Shown: piece by piece, positions 17,496-28,408 of the stretch
Numbering within the stretch: position 1 is the stretch's first letter
Layout: each line of letters begins with the position of its first letter
Assembly: GCA_963713825.1 (NCBI GenBank)
Contig: CAVQNG010000001.1
Coordinates: forward strand, 160,001-224,000
Source: an uncultured Acidobacteriota bacterium
GTDB taxonomy: Bacteria > Acidobacteriota > Thermoanaerobaculia > Multivoradales > JAHEKO01
Length of the DNA stretch: 64,000 nt
Reading direction: 5' to 3'
Program-made: the position numbers and the translations under genes
Notes under the pieces: model-generated
What the model was told of the DNA's origin: nothing
Seen by the model: only the letters and a program-made list of their open reading frames with translations
Databases searched by the model: none

Positions 17496-18662
17496 CTCCC
17501 GCTGCCGCTGTGGGTCGCCATCCGGTACCTCAAGAGCACCCGTCGGGATGCCTTTATCACCTTCCTTTCCATGACCGCGGCTGGAGGGATCGCGCTGGGA
17601 GTCGCAGCCCTGATTCTGGCCCTGGCTGCACTCTCCGGGTTCCAGGCTGCCCTCAAGGGGGAGGTGTTGGCACGAACACCACAAATCGAAGTCGAGTTGC
17701 CGAGTGGCGCCAATCCGGAGGAGGCCAGACTCGCTGTCCAGGACACCAGTGGGGTACAGACAGCCCAAGTCGTCGTTCGAGGAAGAGGTTGGCTTCTGGC
17801 ACGCGGCCGGTCGAGATCCGTCGAGATCGTCGGCTTTGCGGGCGACCTGCCAGAGCTGTTCCCCGGGGCTACTTCGCGGTCCCCAGGGTTGTACCTCGGG
17901 GATGGTCTGGTCAGTCTCTGGGGCTTGGAACCAGGTGATGTAGTGGAGGTCGTTTCCCCGGTTCCGACGCTGACCCCCGTGGGGCCACAGCCTCGTGTTC
18001 GTCGTCTCGCCGTCCTGGGTAGCTTTGCCGCCGGTCGAGCGGAGCAGGAAGACCGCCTGGCCTTGCCAGTGGCCGAGGCGCGGTTGCTCCTCGGGCGTTC
18101 CGCTGTCCATCGCCTGCTGGTGGATTGCGGGGATTTGAGCACCGCTTTGAGAGTCGCAGAGGATCTTCCTGCCATGCTGCCGGCCGGCAGCACCGTTCGA
18201 ACATGGCGTGATCTGAACCGGGTGTTGTTCTTCGCGCTGCGGCTGGAAAAGACCCTCATGTTCGTGGCGGTCTTCCTGATTGTGGTCGTCGCGGGGATGT
18301 CCCTCGTTTCCGATCTGACTCTGATCCTGGCCAGCAAGCGACCCGAGGTCGGTATGCTCGGGGCAATGGGCGCACCTCCCACCTCGCTGCGGCGCATCTT
18401 CCTTTGGTTGGGAGGTCTCCTGGTCGGCCTGGGGGCCCTGAGCGGCCTGATTCTCGGTGTTGGTGGCTCGTGGCTACTGGATAGGTACGAGCTACTGACC
18501 CTGCCAAGTCAGGTCTATTTCCTCGACCATGTGCCGTTTTTGGTGCGGGCGCGGGATGTCCTTGCCATCGTTGGTACGACGGTTGTGCTGACCTTCGCGT
18601 GCTCTTTCTACGCTGCCCATCGAGCCGCCTCGCTGTGGCCTGTGGAGGCGCTGCGACGATGA
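17487..18662 (+). CDS. lolC: lipoprotein-releasing ABC transporter permease LolC/LolE family
   Basis: AIRYLKS.RR..FITF, GIALGVAALI..L..LSGF, TWRDLN..LF.ALRLEK, EVGMLGAMGA, PVEALR. Confidence 0.9.
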   Translation: MSRLPLPLWVAIRYLKSTRRDAFITFLSMTAAGGIALGVAALILALAALSGFQAALKGEVLARTPQIEVELPSGANPEEARLAVQDTSGVQTAQVVVRGRGWLLARGRSRSVEIVGFAGDLPELFPGATSRSPGLYLGDGLVSLWGLEPGDVVEVVSPVPTLTPVGPQPRVRRLAVLGSFAAGRAEQEDRLALPVAEARLLLGRSAVHRLLVDCGDLSTALRVAEDLPAMLPAGSTVRTWRDLNRVLFFALRLEKTLMFVAVFLIVVVAGMSLVSDLTLILASKRPEVGMLGAMGAPPTSLRRIFLWLGGLLVGLGALSGLILGVGGSWLLDRYELLTLPSQVYFLDHVPFLVRARDVLAIVGTTVVLTFACSFYAAHRAASLWPVEALRR

Positions 18663-19342
18663 GTGTCTCCATTCGGGCGAGCGGGGTCGAAAAATCCTAT
18701 CGAGATGGAGAGCGGCTGGTTCAGGTGCTCAACGGCGTCGATCTGGAAGTGCAGCCTGGGGAGTTCGTCGCGATTGTCGGTCCGTCTGGGTGCGGCAAGT
18801 CGACCTTGCTCCATCTGCTGGGGGCTCTTGACCTGCCGGATGCCGGCGTCGTGGAGATCGACGGCCAGGGCCTCTCCGACCTGGGCCCGCGCCGACTGGC
18901 AGCCTTCCGGAATCGGACGATTGGATTCGTCTTCCAGTTCCAGGAGCTGCTGGGGGACTTTTCAGCCCTCGAGAACGTCATGCTGCCTGGTCGCATCGCC
19001 GGTCAGAGCTCGGCTGTGGCTGAAAAGCGAGCCCGCGGCCTGTTGGAAGAAGTCGGACTGGAGGCACGCCTGGACCATTTTCCCAACCAGCTGTCCGGCG
19101 GGGAACGTCAACGAGTGGCTTTGTGTCGGGCGCTGTTCATGGAGCCCCCACTGTTGTTGGCCGACGAGCCGACGGGCAACCTCGATCCGGAGAGCGGGGC
19201 ACAGGTATTCGAACTGATGTTGGACCTCCAAGAGCGGCACGGAACCACGGCTTTGGTGGTCACGCACAACCCGGAGCTCGCCCGCCGTTGTGGTAGACTC
19301 CTCGCACTCGAAGGCGGCAAATTACACGCTGAGCGCCGCTAG
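18659..19342 (+). CDS. lolD: lipoprotein-releasing ABC transporter ATP-binding protein
   Basis: GPSGCGKST, RNRTIGFVFQF, LSGGERQR, LADEPTGNLD, VTHN; overlaps the lolC stop. Confidence 0.92.
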   Translation: MSVSIRASGVEKSYRDGERLVQVLNGVDLEVQPGEFVAIVGPSGCGKSTLLHLLGALDLPDAGVVEIDGQGLSDLGPRRLAAFRNRTIGFVFQFQELLGDFSALENVMLPGRIAGQSSAVAEKRARGLLEEVGLEARLDHFPNQLSGGERQRVALCRALFMEPPLLLADEPTGNLDPESGAQVFELMLDLQERHGTTALVVTHNPELARRCGRLLALEGGKLHAERR

Positions 19343-19392
19343 TTCCGCCTCTCGAAGTCCATTCCGCTGCGGCGTTTGGGAGTCCATGACGA

Positions 19393-21819
19393 GTGTTCGA
19401 GAAGTACAACGAGAAGGCTCGGAGAGCCCTCTTCTTCGCGCGCTACGAAGCCAGCAAACTCGGTAGTCGGGTTATCGAATCCGAGCATATTCTGCTTGGA
19501 ATTCTCCGTGAGGGTGAAGAGAGCGTTACCGAGCTCTTCCAACGTCTGAAGGTCAAGCCTGAGGAGCTGCGCAAGCAGATCGAAGGAGAGAAGGTCTTCG
19601 TCGAGAGAATCTCATCGACGGCCGAGCTGCCTTTGTCGGAGGAGTCGAAGAAGGTCCTGGCCTATGGCTCCCACGAGGCCGAGAGCATGCTGCACGCGTC
19701 GGTCGGCTCCGAGCACCTGTTGATTGGTCTGTTACGGGTCGATGGCTGTCTGGCGATGCGTACTCTGACCCAACATGGGCTGGATCTCTACACCGTCAGA
19801 GAAGAAGTCCTGGCAATAGCCAAGGAAAGAGAGGCTTCGCAGCAGAAAAGGGAACAGCCCTTTCTGGCGGAATATGCCCGCGATCTGACTTTTCTGGCGG
19901 CGCAGGGGACCTTCGACCCTCTCATTGGACGCGACAGCGAGGTCGAGCGGATCGTTCAGATCCTCTCTCGGCGGACCAAGAACAATCCGATTCTCCTTGG
20001 CGAGCCAGGCGTGGGCAAGACGGCGATCGTCGAGGGCCTGGCACAACGTATCGTCGAGGGACAGGTGCCAATGTCCCTGGCCCAGAAGAAGATCCTGGCC
20101 CTGGATCTCTCCCTGATCGTGGCGGGAACGAAATACCGAGGACAGTTCGAGGAGCGACTCAAGGGGATCCTCGGCGAGCTCAAGGACACCCAGGACGTGG
20201 TCGTCTTCATCGATGAGATTCACTCGTTGATTGGCGCTGGTTCGGCCGAAGGCTCCCTGGATGCAGCCAACATCCTCAAGCCAGCCCTGTCTCGCGGTGA
20301 GGTCTCTTGCATCGGTGCGACAACCCTGAAGGAGTACCGAAAGTACATCGAGAAGGACCGCTCCCTACTGCGGCGGTTTCAATCGATTCAGATCGAGCCT
20401 CCCACCCAGGATCAGACCTTGGAGATTTTGCAGGGCGTCAAGGAGCGGTACGAGGCTTTTCACAAGGTGCACTACACCGACGGAGCCCTGCAGGCTGCCA
20501 TCTATCAGTCCACTCGCTACATCGCCGATCGGCATCAGCCGGACAAGGCGATCGACGTGATCGACGAGGCCGGGGCCAAGGTGAAGCTGCGTCGGGTGCG
20601 CGATACCCAGAACGTGCGGCGTCTGGAGCGGGACATCGGCGACATCGTCAAGGAGATGAAGTCGGCGATTTCCGACAAGGAGTTCGAGAGGGCGGTGTAT
20701 CTGCGGGAAAAGGAGATCGAGCTGCGGGAAGATCTCGAAAGGCTCCGAACCCACACCGAAGAGGATTCTGTCCTCCAGGTGACGAAGAAGGACATCGAGG
20801 AAGTGATCGCTTCGTGGACGGGAATCCCGGTCTCGAGCCTGCAGAGCGAAGAAGCCGAGAAGCTGATGCAGATGGAGCAGACCCTGCGAAAGCGGATCGT
20901 CGGTCAGGACTACGCGATCAGCGCCATCAGCCGGGCAATTCGCCGGTCCAGGCTCGGCGTCAGTAATCCAGAGCGTCCCGTCGGGTCGTTCATCTTTCTC
21001 GGCCCCTCGGGGGTTGGCAAAACCGAGGTCGCTCGCCGGCTGGGCGAGTTTCTGTTCGGCAGCCAGGCTTCTCTGATTCGCTTCGACATGAGCGAATACA
21101 TGGAAAAGCACGCCGTTTCCAAGATGATCGGTTCGCCGCCCGGCTACGTCGGGCACGATGAAGGGGGGCAACTGACAGAGCGCATTCGCCGACAGCCCTA
21201 TTCGGTGATTCTCTTCGACGAGATCGAAAAGGCTCACCCAGACGTGGCGAATCTGCTGCTGCAGATTCTGGAAGATGGCCTGCTGACCGATGCCTACGGG
21301 AACCAGGTCGACTTCAAAAATGCGATCGTCCTCATGACTTCGAACATCGGTAGCCAGTTGGTCCTGCGCGGTGGTCGAATGGGATTTGGAGAATCGGATA
21401 GCGGCAAGGAGTTCGAGAAGCTCGAGCAGGAGATTCTGGCTTCGTTACGCCAGTCCTTCAGCCCGGAGTTCATCAACCGGGTCGACGAAGTGATCGTATT
21501 CAATCCTCTCGGGCAGGCCGAGCTCAGGGCCATCGTGGATATCTTGCTGGAAGATGTCAATTTGACACTCGGGGAGCGGCGGTTGAAGGTCGATGTGTCG
21601 GATGACGCGAAGCAATGGTTGTTGGAAAAGGCCGGGATCGACCCGTCTACTGGGGCCCGTCCCCTGCGACGGACGATTCAGCGCCACGTTCAGGATGCTG
21701 TTTCAGAAGTTCTGATTGCCAGACATGGGGAGGTCATCGGGCTCATCGGAATCACGGTCGAGAATGATGAGCTGAAACTCCATCCGAAGATCGGAGAATC
21801 ACTGGTCAGCCAGGACTGA
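19393..21819 (+). CDS. clpC: ATP-dependent Clp protease ATP-binding subunit ClpC
   Basis: Clp-N repeats, GEPGVGKT and GPSGVGKT Walker A motifs, UVR-type middle coiled coil, MGF ClpP-docking loop, GARPLRR. Confidence 0.93.
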   Translation: MFEKYNEKARRALFFARYEASKLGSRVIESEHILLGILREGEESVTELFQRLKVKPEELRKQIEGEKVFVERISSTAELPLSEESKKVLAYGSHEAESMLHASVGSEHLLIGLLRVDGCLAMRTLTQHGLDLYTVREEVLAIAKEREASQQKREQPFLAEYARDLTFLAAQGTFDPLIGRDSEVERIVQILSRRTKNNPILLGEPGVGKTAIVEGLAQRIVEGQVPMSLAQKKILALDLSLIVAGTKYRGQFEERLKGILGELKDTQDVVVFIDEIHSLIGAGSAEGSLDAANILKPALSRGEVSCIGATTLKEYRKYIEKDRSLLRRFQSIQIEPPTQDQTLEILQGVKERYEAFHKVHYTDGALQAAIYQSTRYIADRHQPDKAIDVIDEAGAKVKLRRVRDTQNVRRLERDIGDIVKEMKSAISDKEFERAVYLREKEIELREDLERLRTHTEEDSVLQVTKKDIEEVIASWTGIPVSSLQSEEAEKLMQMEQTLRKRIVGQDYAISAISRAIRRSRLGVSNPERPVGSFIFLGPSGVGKTEVARRLGEFLFGSQASLIRFDMSEYMEKHAVSKMIGSPPGYVGHDEGGQLTERIRRQPYSVILFDEIEKAHPDVANLLLQILEDGLLTDAYGNQVDFKNAIVLMTSNIGSQLVLRGGRMGFGESDSGKEFEKLEQEILASLRQSFSPEFINRVDEVIVFNPLGQAELRAIVDILLEDVNLTLGERRLKVDVSDDAKQWLLEKAGIDPSTGARPLRRTIQRHVQDAVSEVLIARHGEVIGLIGITVENDELKLHPKIGESLVSQD

Positions 21820-21956
21820 GGTGCCGGGGATCGGCGCCAACCGACGGCGGCAAGCGGCTTGCATGGAACCTGCTGCAAGTCGGTGATCCAAGCCGGTCTT
21901 CGTTGCGTGACCTGTATCCAAGTGTATTCGTCGGCATCCGCGAGATCGTTCTGCCC

Positions 21957-24329
21957 ATGAAGATTCGAACCAGTCATGCCCTGTTGATAGGTCTCCTGAT
22001 AGCGGGAGCCCTGGTGATTCCGGCGCGAGCCCAGAACCTCGAGGGGCAGCCGATCCAGGAAATCGTCTACCAGGGACTCGCGTCGCTGACGGAAGATACC
22101 CTCAACTACTACCTCGGCCTTGCGGTCGGGGATCCCTACGACTCCGGGACACTGAACGAGAAGATGCATGCTCTTTGGACGCGCAACCTGGTCGATGACA
22201 TCAAGATCGAGACGGCGCAGGCAGAAGGTGGCGTCCGGCTGGTGGTCACGATCCAAGAGAGGCCGGTTCTGCGTTCGATCGAGTACGAAGGGCTGAAGCG
22301 GATCAGTCGGTCGGACATCAACGAGAAGGTCCTTTCCGACTCGATTCGGGTGCGCGAGGGGGATTCCATGAGTCTGGGTGAGCTCCACAGACTCAAGGCC
22401 GCAATCGAAGAGCTGTACGCCGAAAAGGGCTTTCGGCTGGCCGAGGCCAACTACACCATTGAAGAGGCCAATCGATCCGATCGCCGGGTGGTCTATACGA
22501 TCGATGAAGGCGACAAGGTCAGGGTCGGTGAGATCGACTTCGAAGGCAACACCGTCTTCAAGGACATGCGATTGCGCTGGTCGATGGGCGACACGAAGGA
22601 GTCCAACGTCATCACCAAGGTCATGAAGAAGGACATCTACAGCCCCGCGGCTCTGAGTGAGGACCTCGACGCCGTTCGGGAGCTCTACTTGAAGGCGGGC
22701 TACAAGAACGTGGTTCTGGGCGAGCCGAAGATCGAGGTAAGGCCCGTCAAGGGTGGAGAGGCTGCAGGCCCCGACGTCAAGCGCCGGCTCTTCATCACGA
22801 TCCCCGTCGAGGAGGGAGATCGGTGGAAGCTCGGCGAGATCACGATCGAGGGCACGGATCGGTTCCCGGCAGAGGTGTTGCTGCGGCAGTTCGAACGCCC
22901 CAAGGGAGGTTGGCTGCGGTCCAAGGTGATCGACGAGGGCCTGGAGACAATCCGGGAGCTCTATTCGAATACGGGCCACTTGTTCGCACAGGTCGAGCCC
23001 GAGATCGTCGAGAGACCCGATCAGGTCGCCGATGTGATCATCCATGTTGATGAAGGCGAGCAGTTCCGTATTGGTCGGATCGAGTTCTCGGGCAACACCA
23101 AGACCAAGGACAAGGTGATCCGACGTGACATGAGCATTCAGGAGGGCCTGGTCATGAACACCGGGGCCCTGAAGAACAGCCTGCTGCGTGTCGGGCAGTC
23201 CGAGGTCTTCAAGATCGATCAAGAAGATCCGGTGGACTTCGACATCAACCAGGAGGAAAAGCTCGTCGACCTCACCATTCAGGGCGAGGAGGGTGAGCGG
23301 ACCGAGATGCTCTTCGGCGGTGGCTTCAGCGAAGTCGATGGATTTTTCGGTCAGTTCTCCTTCAGGACGAGGAATTTTCTGGGTCGAGGAGAGACCCTTG
23401 GCGTTTCCGCGCAACTGGGGTCCCGACAGGACATCTTCGACTTGTCCTATTTCATTCCCTGGTTTCTGAACAAGCCCCAGAGTTTTGGTGCGTCGATCTT
23501 CAAACGCCGCATCGACTACAATTTGCTCACTGGACAAACGGTATTTCAGGACAACATAGGTGGCACGCTCACCTATGGCCGCAACCTCGGGATTTTCGGC
23601 CAGTTCACCACGACCTTCTCCCGCTTCGACTCTGATGAAGCGCGGACCGAGTATGACCTGGAAGGGAACCCGATCACCCAGCAGCTCAACCGCAAGGTCG
23701 CGATGCTTCGCTGGGCCGTAGTGAGAGATCGAAGGGACAGTCGCCTACAGCCGACCTTCGGTAGTCGTGCCAGTATTTCGCTCGACCTGGCAGGCGGTCC
23801 GCTGGGCGGCAACACGGATTTCTGGCGACCGCAAGGCTCGTACCAGAAATTCCTGCCCATGACCAAGGGCCGCTTGCGTACGGTTCTGGGCATGAATGTC
23901 AGGGCGGGCTACATCGAGCCGATCGACGACACGCCGCTGTACTTCAACGACCGGTTCTATCTTGGCGGCGAGAGCAGTGTGCGGGGCTTCAAGTATCGGT
24001 CGATCTGGGTCAGGGACTCCGAAGGCAACACGGTGACCGACCAGTCGGGATTTCCTCTCGGGGGCAATCGGTCGATCCAGCTCAATATCGAAGCGATCTT
24101 CGTCCTGAAGGGGCCGTTCCGCTTCCTGTTCTATACCGATGGCGGCAAAGTCTACGGCGATGACCAGGACTTCGACTTCCAGAATTTCCGCATCTCCTCG
24201 GGAGCCGAGCTGCAGGTGACTGTCCCCATGTTGGGCGCTCCCCTCCGCTTCATCTACGCCTACAACATCAATCCATTACCTGACGATCGATTCGAGACCT
24301 TCCAGTTCAGCATCGGTCCGGGTTTCTAG
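21957..24329 (+). CDS. bamA: outer membrane protein assembly factor BamA
   Basis: Signal peptide, POTRA repeats (FEGN, FSGNTKTKDKVIRR), NFLGRG, SVRGF, C-terminal FQFSIGPGF. Confidence 0.95.
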   Translation: MKIRTSHALLIGLLIAGALVIPARAQNLEGQPIQEIVYQGLASLTEDTLNYYLGLAVGDPYDSGTLNEKMHALWTRNLVDDIKIETAQAEGGVRLVVTIQERPVLRSIEYEGLKRISRSDINEKVLSDSIRVREGDSMSLGELHRLKAAIEELYAEKGFRLAEANYTIEEANRSDRRVVYTIDEGDKVRVGEIDFEGNTVFKDMRLRWSMGDTKESNVITKVMKKDIYSPAALSEDLDAVRELYLKAGYKNVVLGEPKIEVRPVKGGEAAGPDVKRRLFITIPVEEGDRWKLGEITIEGTDRFPAEVLLRQFERPKGGWLRSKVIDEGLETIRELYSNTGHLFAQVEPEIVERPDQVADVIIHVDEGEQFRIGRIEFSGNTKTKDKVIRRDMSIQEGLVMNTGALKNSLLRVGQSEVFKIDQEDPVDFDINQEEKLVDLTIQGEEGERTEMLFGGGFSEVDGFFGQFSFRTRNFLGRGETLGVSAQLGSRQDIFDLSYFIPWFLNKPQSFGASIFKRRIDYNLLTGQTVFQDNIGGTLTYGRNLGIFGQFTTTFSRFDSDEARTEYDLEGNPITQQLNRKVAMLRWAVVRDRRDSRLQPTFGSRASISLDLAGGPLGGNTDFWRPQGSYQKFLPMTKGRLRTVLGMNVRAGYIEPIDDTPLYFNDRFYLGGESSVRGFKYRSIWVRDSEGNTVTDQSGFPLGGNRSIQLNIEAIFVLKGPFRFLFYTDGGKVYGDDQDFDFQNFRISSGAELQVTVPMLGAPLRFIYAYNINPLPDDRFETFQFSIGPGF

Positions 24330-24343
24330 AGTCAGCCAGGAGT

Positions 24344-24922
24344 GTGAGCTTCATGAGAACCGGTAGGAAGACGACTGTTCGCTCGTTGGCGAGCCTGTTG
24401 GTCGGAGCGTGGATCGCAATGTCAGCGGGTTCGATTGCGGCCCAGCCAAGTGGAGCCTCGACCTCCACCACTGTAGGGGTCATCGATGTTCAACGACTGG
24501 TGCTCGAGTCCGCGAAGGGCCAAGCGGTCTTGGAGAGGCTGCGAAATCTGACGGAGCAGAAACAGGCCGAAGCTGATGCCATTCAGCAGGAGGTGCGGGA
24601 CCTCCAGGCCAAGGTGCAGGCAGGACGTGCGGCGTTGTCCGAGGAACGGTTGGCGGAGGTCGAGAAAGAGCTCGAAGACAAGATCATCGAGTACCAACGG
24701 TTCGAGGACGATGCCGAGCGCCAGATGCAAGAGGAGCAGGCTGGTGCGTTCGCGGAGATCGAAGACGAGATGATGCCGATCATCTCCCAGGCCGGTGCGG
24801 AGTTGCAGTACACTTTGATCTTCAACAAGTTCAGTAGCGGACTGCTCTACGCTAAGGAAGAGGTCGATATCACCGACGAGATTTTGGAGCGCTACAACGC
24901 GGCGACGGCGGGAGACGACTAG
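24344..24922 (+). CDS. skp: OmpH/Skp periplasmic chaperone
   Basis: VGVIDVQR, coiled coil, LLYA..VDITDEIL; position after bamA. Confidence 0.92.
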   Translation: MSFMRTGRKTTVRSLASLLVGAWIAMSAGSIAAQPSGASTSTTVGVIDVQRLVLESAKGQAVLERLRNLTEQKQAEADAIQQEVRDLQAKVQAGRAALSEERLAEVEKELEDKIIEYQRFEDDAERQMQEEQAGAFAEIEDEMMPIISQAGAELQYTLIFNKFSSGLLYAKEEVDITDEILERYNAATAGDD

Positions 24923-24925
24923 ATC

Positions 24926-25957
24926 TTGAGCTATCGATTGGCCGAGTTGGCTGAGCAAGTCGGCGGCGAGGTGGAGGGCGACCCCGATCGCCTGATCGAA
25001 GGAATTCGCGGTCTCGAGTCGGCCGGTCCTGGTGATCTCTCTTTCCTCGCCAATCCGCGCTACCGAAAGAGCGCCATCGAGAGTCGGGCCGGTGCTCTGT
25101 TGGTGTCAGCTCCGTCCTCGGAACTGGGCCATGACTTGCTGATCGTGGCGGACCCCTACTTTGCTCTGGCCGAACTGCTCGATCTCCTCTATCCGCCACC
25201 GTCCCGTTGCCCTGGCGTTCACTCGACCGCTACGGTCGGTGAAGGAGCGGCTATTGATGCCAGTGCCAGACTCGGACCCTACGCGGTCGTCGGAGAGGGC
25301 TCGAAGGTCGCCGCGAATGTCGAGCTCCACGCCCATGTGGTGATAGGGAGGGACTGTCAGATTGGTGCCGGATCCGAGCTCTTTCCAGGAGTGGTGATTT
25401 ACGATGGCGTCAGGATCGGGGAGCGTTGCCGACTCCATTCTGGTGTCGTTGTCGGTAGCGATGGGTTCGGCTATGCGCAGCATGCAGGGACTCACGTGAA
25501 GCTGAATCACGTCGGCTCTGTCGTGGTGGAAGACGACGTGGAGATCGGCGCCAATACAACAATCGATCGCGCCCTCCTGGATGAGACCCGTATCGGAGCC
25601 GGAAGCAAGGTGGACAACCTCGTTCAAATTGGGCACAACGTGGTGTTGGGGCGCGGCTGCCTGCTCATTTCACAGGCCGGCATCTCTGGTAGCACGCGTC
25701 TTGGAGATGGAGTGATCGTCGCTGGACAGAGTGGCCTCAGCGGTCATTTGAAGCTGGGCGACGGGGTGCAGGTGGCTGCCAAGTCGGCTGTATTCAAATC
25801 AGTCGAGGCCGGCAAGAAGGTCGCCGGAATTCCGGCGACCGACGCATCGAGCTGGCTCCGCCAGCAGGCCATGGTGGGGCGCCTCGTCGAGTTGGGGAGA
25901 CGGATTGCCGTCCTGGAGCGCCCTGCAGATGAGGGAGAAGAGGAGAAGAAGCCTTGA
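24926..25957 (+). CDS. lpxD: UDP-3-O-acylglucosamine N-acyltransferase
   Basis: LSFLANPRY, hexapeptide repeats, [28 protein letters not shown]. Confidence 0.96.
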   Translation: MSYRLAELAEQVGGEVEGDPDRLIEGIRGLESAGPGDLSFLANPRYRKSAIESRAGALLVSAPSSELGHDLLIVADPYFALAELLDLLYPPPSRCPGVHSTATVGEGAAIDASARLGPYAVVGEGSKVAANVELHAHVVIGRDCQIGAGSELFPGVVIYDGVRIGERCRLHSGVVVGSDGFGYAQHAGTHVKLNHVGSVVVEDDVEIGANTTIDRALLDETRIGAGSKVDNLVQIGHNVVLGRGCLLISQAGISGSTRLGDGVIVAGQSGLSGHLKLGDGVQVAAKSAVFKSVEAGKKVAGIPATDASSWLRQQAMVGRLVELGRRIAVLERPADEGEEEKKP

Positions 25958-26403
25958 ACGGCCCGGATGATATTCGAGATTTCAGTTGGATCACCTCGAT
26001 CCTGCCGCATCGCTATCCGATGCTCTTGGTGGATCGCGTCTTGGAGATCGAGCCCAAACAGAAGATCGTCGCGATCAAGAACGTGACGGCCAACGAGGAG
26101 TTCTTCAATGGGCATTTTCCCGGTAGCCCCGTGATGCCTGGGGTGTTGCTGGTGGAGGGGATGGCGCAGGCCGCCGGGATTCTGGTTCTGCATGATGATC
26201 CTCGCCGGGCTGACAAGCTTCTCTTCTTCATGTCCATCGAGCGAGCACGGTTCCGGCGGCCCGTCGTACCCGGGGATCAGATTCGGTACGAGGTCGAAAT
26301 GCTGCGGTTGCGCCCGAGACACTGCAAGCTCAGTGGTAGAGCTCTTGTCGACGGTCAAGTTGCCGCCGAAGCCATCTGCAGCTCGGCCCTGGTGGATCGC
26401 TGA
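25954..26403 (+). CDS. fabZ: 3-hydroxyacyl-ACP dehydratase
   Basis: [42 protein letters not shown]. Confidence 0.96.
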   Translation: MNGPDDIRDFSWITSILPHRYPMLLVDRVLEIEPKQKIVAIKNVTANEEFFNGHFPGSPVMPGVLLVEGMAQAAGILVLHDDPRRADKLLFFMSIERARFRRPVVPGDQIRYEVEMLRLRPRHCKLSGRALVDGQVAAEAICSSALVDR

Positions 26404-26548
26404 GCACCACGGAGATTTTCCTGATTCAAAGAAGCGCCGGAGGGCACTCTTCTTCCTGCCATCGAAAGCAATGTGATGCAACAACCAGTCGTCTTGGGCG
26501 ATGGCCGTCGGGCCGGGCCAGCAAGGCGATTCAGGAGTATCGGACACC

Positions 26549-27367
26549 ATGGGGAACCTGATTCACTCGACTGCCATCATCGATCCGGAAGCGGATCTAG
26601 CAGACTCCGTGCGGGTGGGCGCTCATGCGGTCATCGGGCCCCAGGTCTCGGTCGGAGAGGATACGGAGATCGGTGCCGGGGCCCAAATTGGCGGCTACTC
26701 GAGGATAGGCAAGGGCAATCGCATTTTTCCGCAGGCCTGCGTGGGGTTCGAACCACAAGATCTCAAATTCGGCGGCGGTGAGACCTGGCTCGAGATCGGC
26801 GATCGAAATGTATTCCGCGAGTTCGTGACGATCCATCGCGGGACGGAGAACGGCGGTGCCGTGACAACCATCGGCGATGACAACTTGTTCATGGCCTATT
26901 CTCATGTCGCCCACGACTGTCACGTCGGTTGCCGAACGATCTTCAGCAATGCCGGTACTCTGGCCGGGCACGTCGAGATTCAGGACGATGCAACCTTGGG
27001 CGCTTTCAGCGCCGTCCACCAGTTCTGTCGCGTCGGTCGCTATGCCTATATCGGTGGTTTCTCGGTCATTACGAGAGATGCCTTGCCATGGGTCAAGACC
27101 GTAGGGCAGAAGCCGCTGTGCTACGGGGTCAACACGATTGGGCTGGAGCGCAAGGGGTTTGACAAGGCGACCATCGAGCGGCTGCAGTCCGCCATGCGGA
27201 TCCTGTTGAGGTCCGGTCTCAATACGACCAACGCGGTGAAGAAGCTGCGTGAAGAGTTGGGCGGTGATGCGGAAGTCGACTTTTTGATCGACTTCGTCGA
27301 AAGCTCGAAAAGGGGCGTAGTTACAGCCATCCCCGGCAGGCGGGGTGGAAGGGGAGGCGTCTCCTGA
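26549..27367 (+). CDS. lpxA: acyl-ACP--UDP-N-acetylglucosamine O-acyltransferase
   Basis: IHSTAII, PQDLKF, REFVTIHRGT, HVAHDC, LAGHV, VHQF. Confidence 0.96.
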   Translation: MGNLIHSTAIIDPEADLADSVRVGAHAVIGPQVSVGEDTEIGAGAQIGGYSRIGKGNRIFPQACVGFEPQDLKFGGGETWLEIGDRNVFREFVTIHRGTENGGAVTTIGDDNLFMAYSHVAHDCHVGCRTIFSNAGTLAGHVEIQDDATLGAFSAVHQFCRVGRYAYIGGFSVITRDALPWVKTVGQKPLCYGVNTIGLERKGFDKATIERLQSAMRILLRSGLNTTNAVKKLREELGGDAEVDFLIDFVESSKRGVVTAIPGRRGGRGGVS

Positions 27368-27384
27368 ACCAATCTCGGGATGCG

Positions 27385-28299
27385 GTGAGGATCGGCGTCG
27401 TTGGCACCGGCGCCTTGGGGCGGCATCACGTTCGAATTCTGGCGGCAGATCCGGCCGCCGAGTTGGTGGGAATCTTCGATACGGATCGCAAGGTCGCAGA
27501 ACGAGTCGGCAACGAGTTCGGGGCTGAGGTCTTCGATGACCTCGACAGCCTTGCTGAGGGCTTGGAGGCTGCCGTGGTGGCTGTGCCGACTGTCGACCAC
27601 TGTGAGGTCGGCTGCAATTTGCTCGAGCGTGGAATCCACGTATTGGTCGAGAAGCCAATTGCCTCGACCTTGGAGGAGGCTGACCGTCTGGTAGCAGCCG
27701 CGGGCGATCGGGTTCTGGCCGTAGGCCACGTCGAGTACTTCAATCCGGCTGTTCAGCGGCTCATGGGGGTCGAAGGGCAGGCGGGCTTTGTGGAGATACA
27801 CAGGCTGGCAGTCTTTACGCCTCGAAGCCTGGACATCGATGTCGTGCTCGACCTGATGATCCACGACTTGCAGATTCTTCATGCACTGGACGACAGCCCG
27901 GTCTCCGAAGTGCGGGCGACGGGTATCAGTGTGCTCTCATCGAGAATCGACATCGCCAATGCCCGAGTGGCTCTGGAGTCCGGTTGCGTCGCCAACATCA
28001 CCGCATCGCGAGTCTCTTCGCAGAAAGTGCGGAAGTTGCGGGTCTTCTTTCCGGATCAGGGGTACTACTCAGTGGACTATCAGTGGCAGGAAGTGCAGGG
28101 ATTTCGACTGCAAGTGGGTGACGAGAGTCGAAATATCATTCCAGACCCGTTATTGGTGGAAAAGAGAGAGCCTCTCAAAGAGGAACTTGGAGCCTTTCTG
28201 GCGCGGTGCCGAGGTGAGGACTCGGCGCTGGTGGATGGCCGGCAAGGTCGACGGGCTCTGAAGACAGCCTTTCGAGTCCTGGAGGCCATTTCGGCCTGA
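27385..28299 (+). CDS. Gfo/Idh/MocA oxidoreductase (GnnA-like UDP-GlcNAc 3-dehydrogenase candidate)
   Basis: [49 protein letters not shown]; directly after lpxA. Confidence 0.88.
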   Translation: MRIGVVGTGALGRHHVRILAADPAAELVGIFDTDRKVAERVGNEFGAEVFDDLDSLAEGLEAAVVAVPTVDHCEVGCNLLERGIHVLVEKPIASTLEEADRLVAAAGDRVLAVGHVEYFNPAVQRLMGVEGQAGFVEIHRLAVFTPRSLDIDVVLDLMIHDLQILHALDDSPVSEVRATGISVLSSRIDIANARVALESGCVANITASRVSSQKVRKLRVFFPDQGYYSVDYQWQEVQGFRLQVGDESRNIIPDPLLVEKREPLKEELGAFLARCRGEDSALVDGRQGRRALKTAFRVLEAISA

Positions 28300-28408
28300 C
28301 CTCGAACCAGATTCGGACCCGACTCGCTCTGGTGCTGCCAAGGCCCAGGGTATCCAGACAGTTGCTCTCGATAGGGAGTCTGACTTGGGAGCAGCGAAGG
28401 GAGACAAG

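Noticed and set aside
19339-19542. 67-aa antisense ORF (MLGFDN...FVAREEE) opposite the clpC start
   Set aside because: Shadow of the conserved ClpC N-terminus, a familiar spurious ORF type
21690-23537. Long antisense ORFs (615 aa opposite bamA; also 8417-9916, 15298-16587, 62131-63420 and others)
   Set aside because: Frame shadows expected in high-GC coding DNA; no motifs, and they fully overlap well-supported genes
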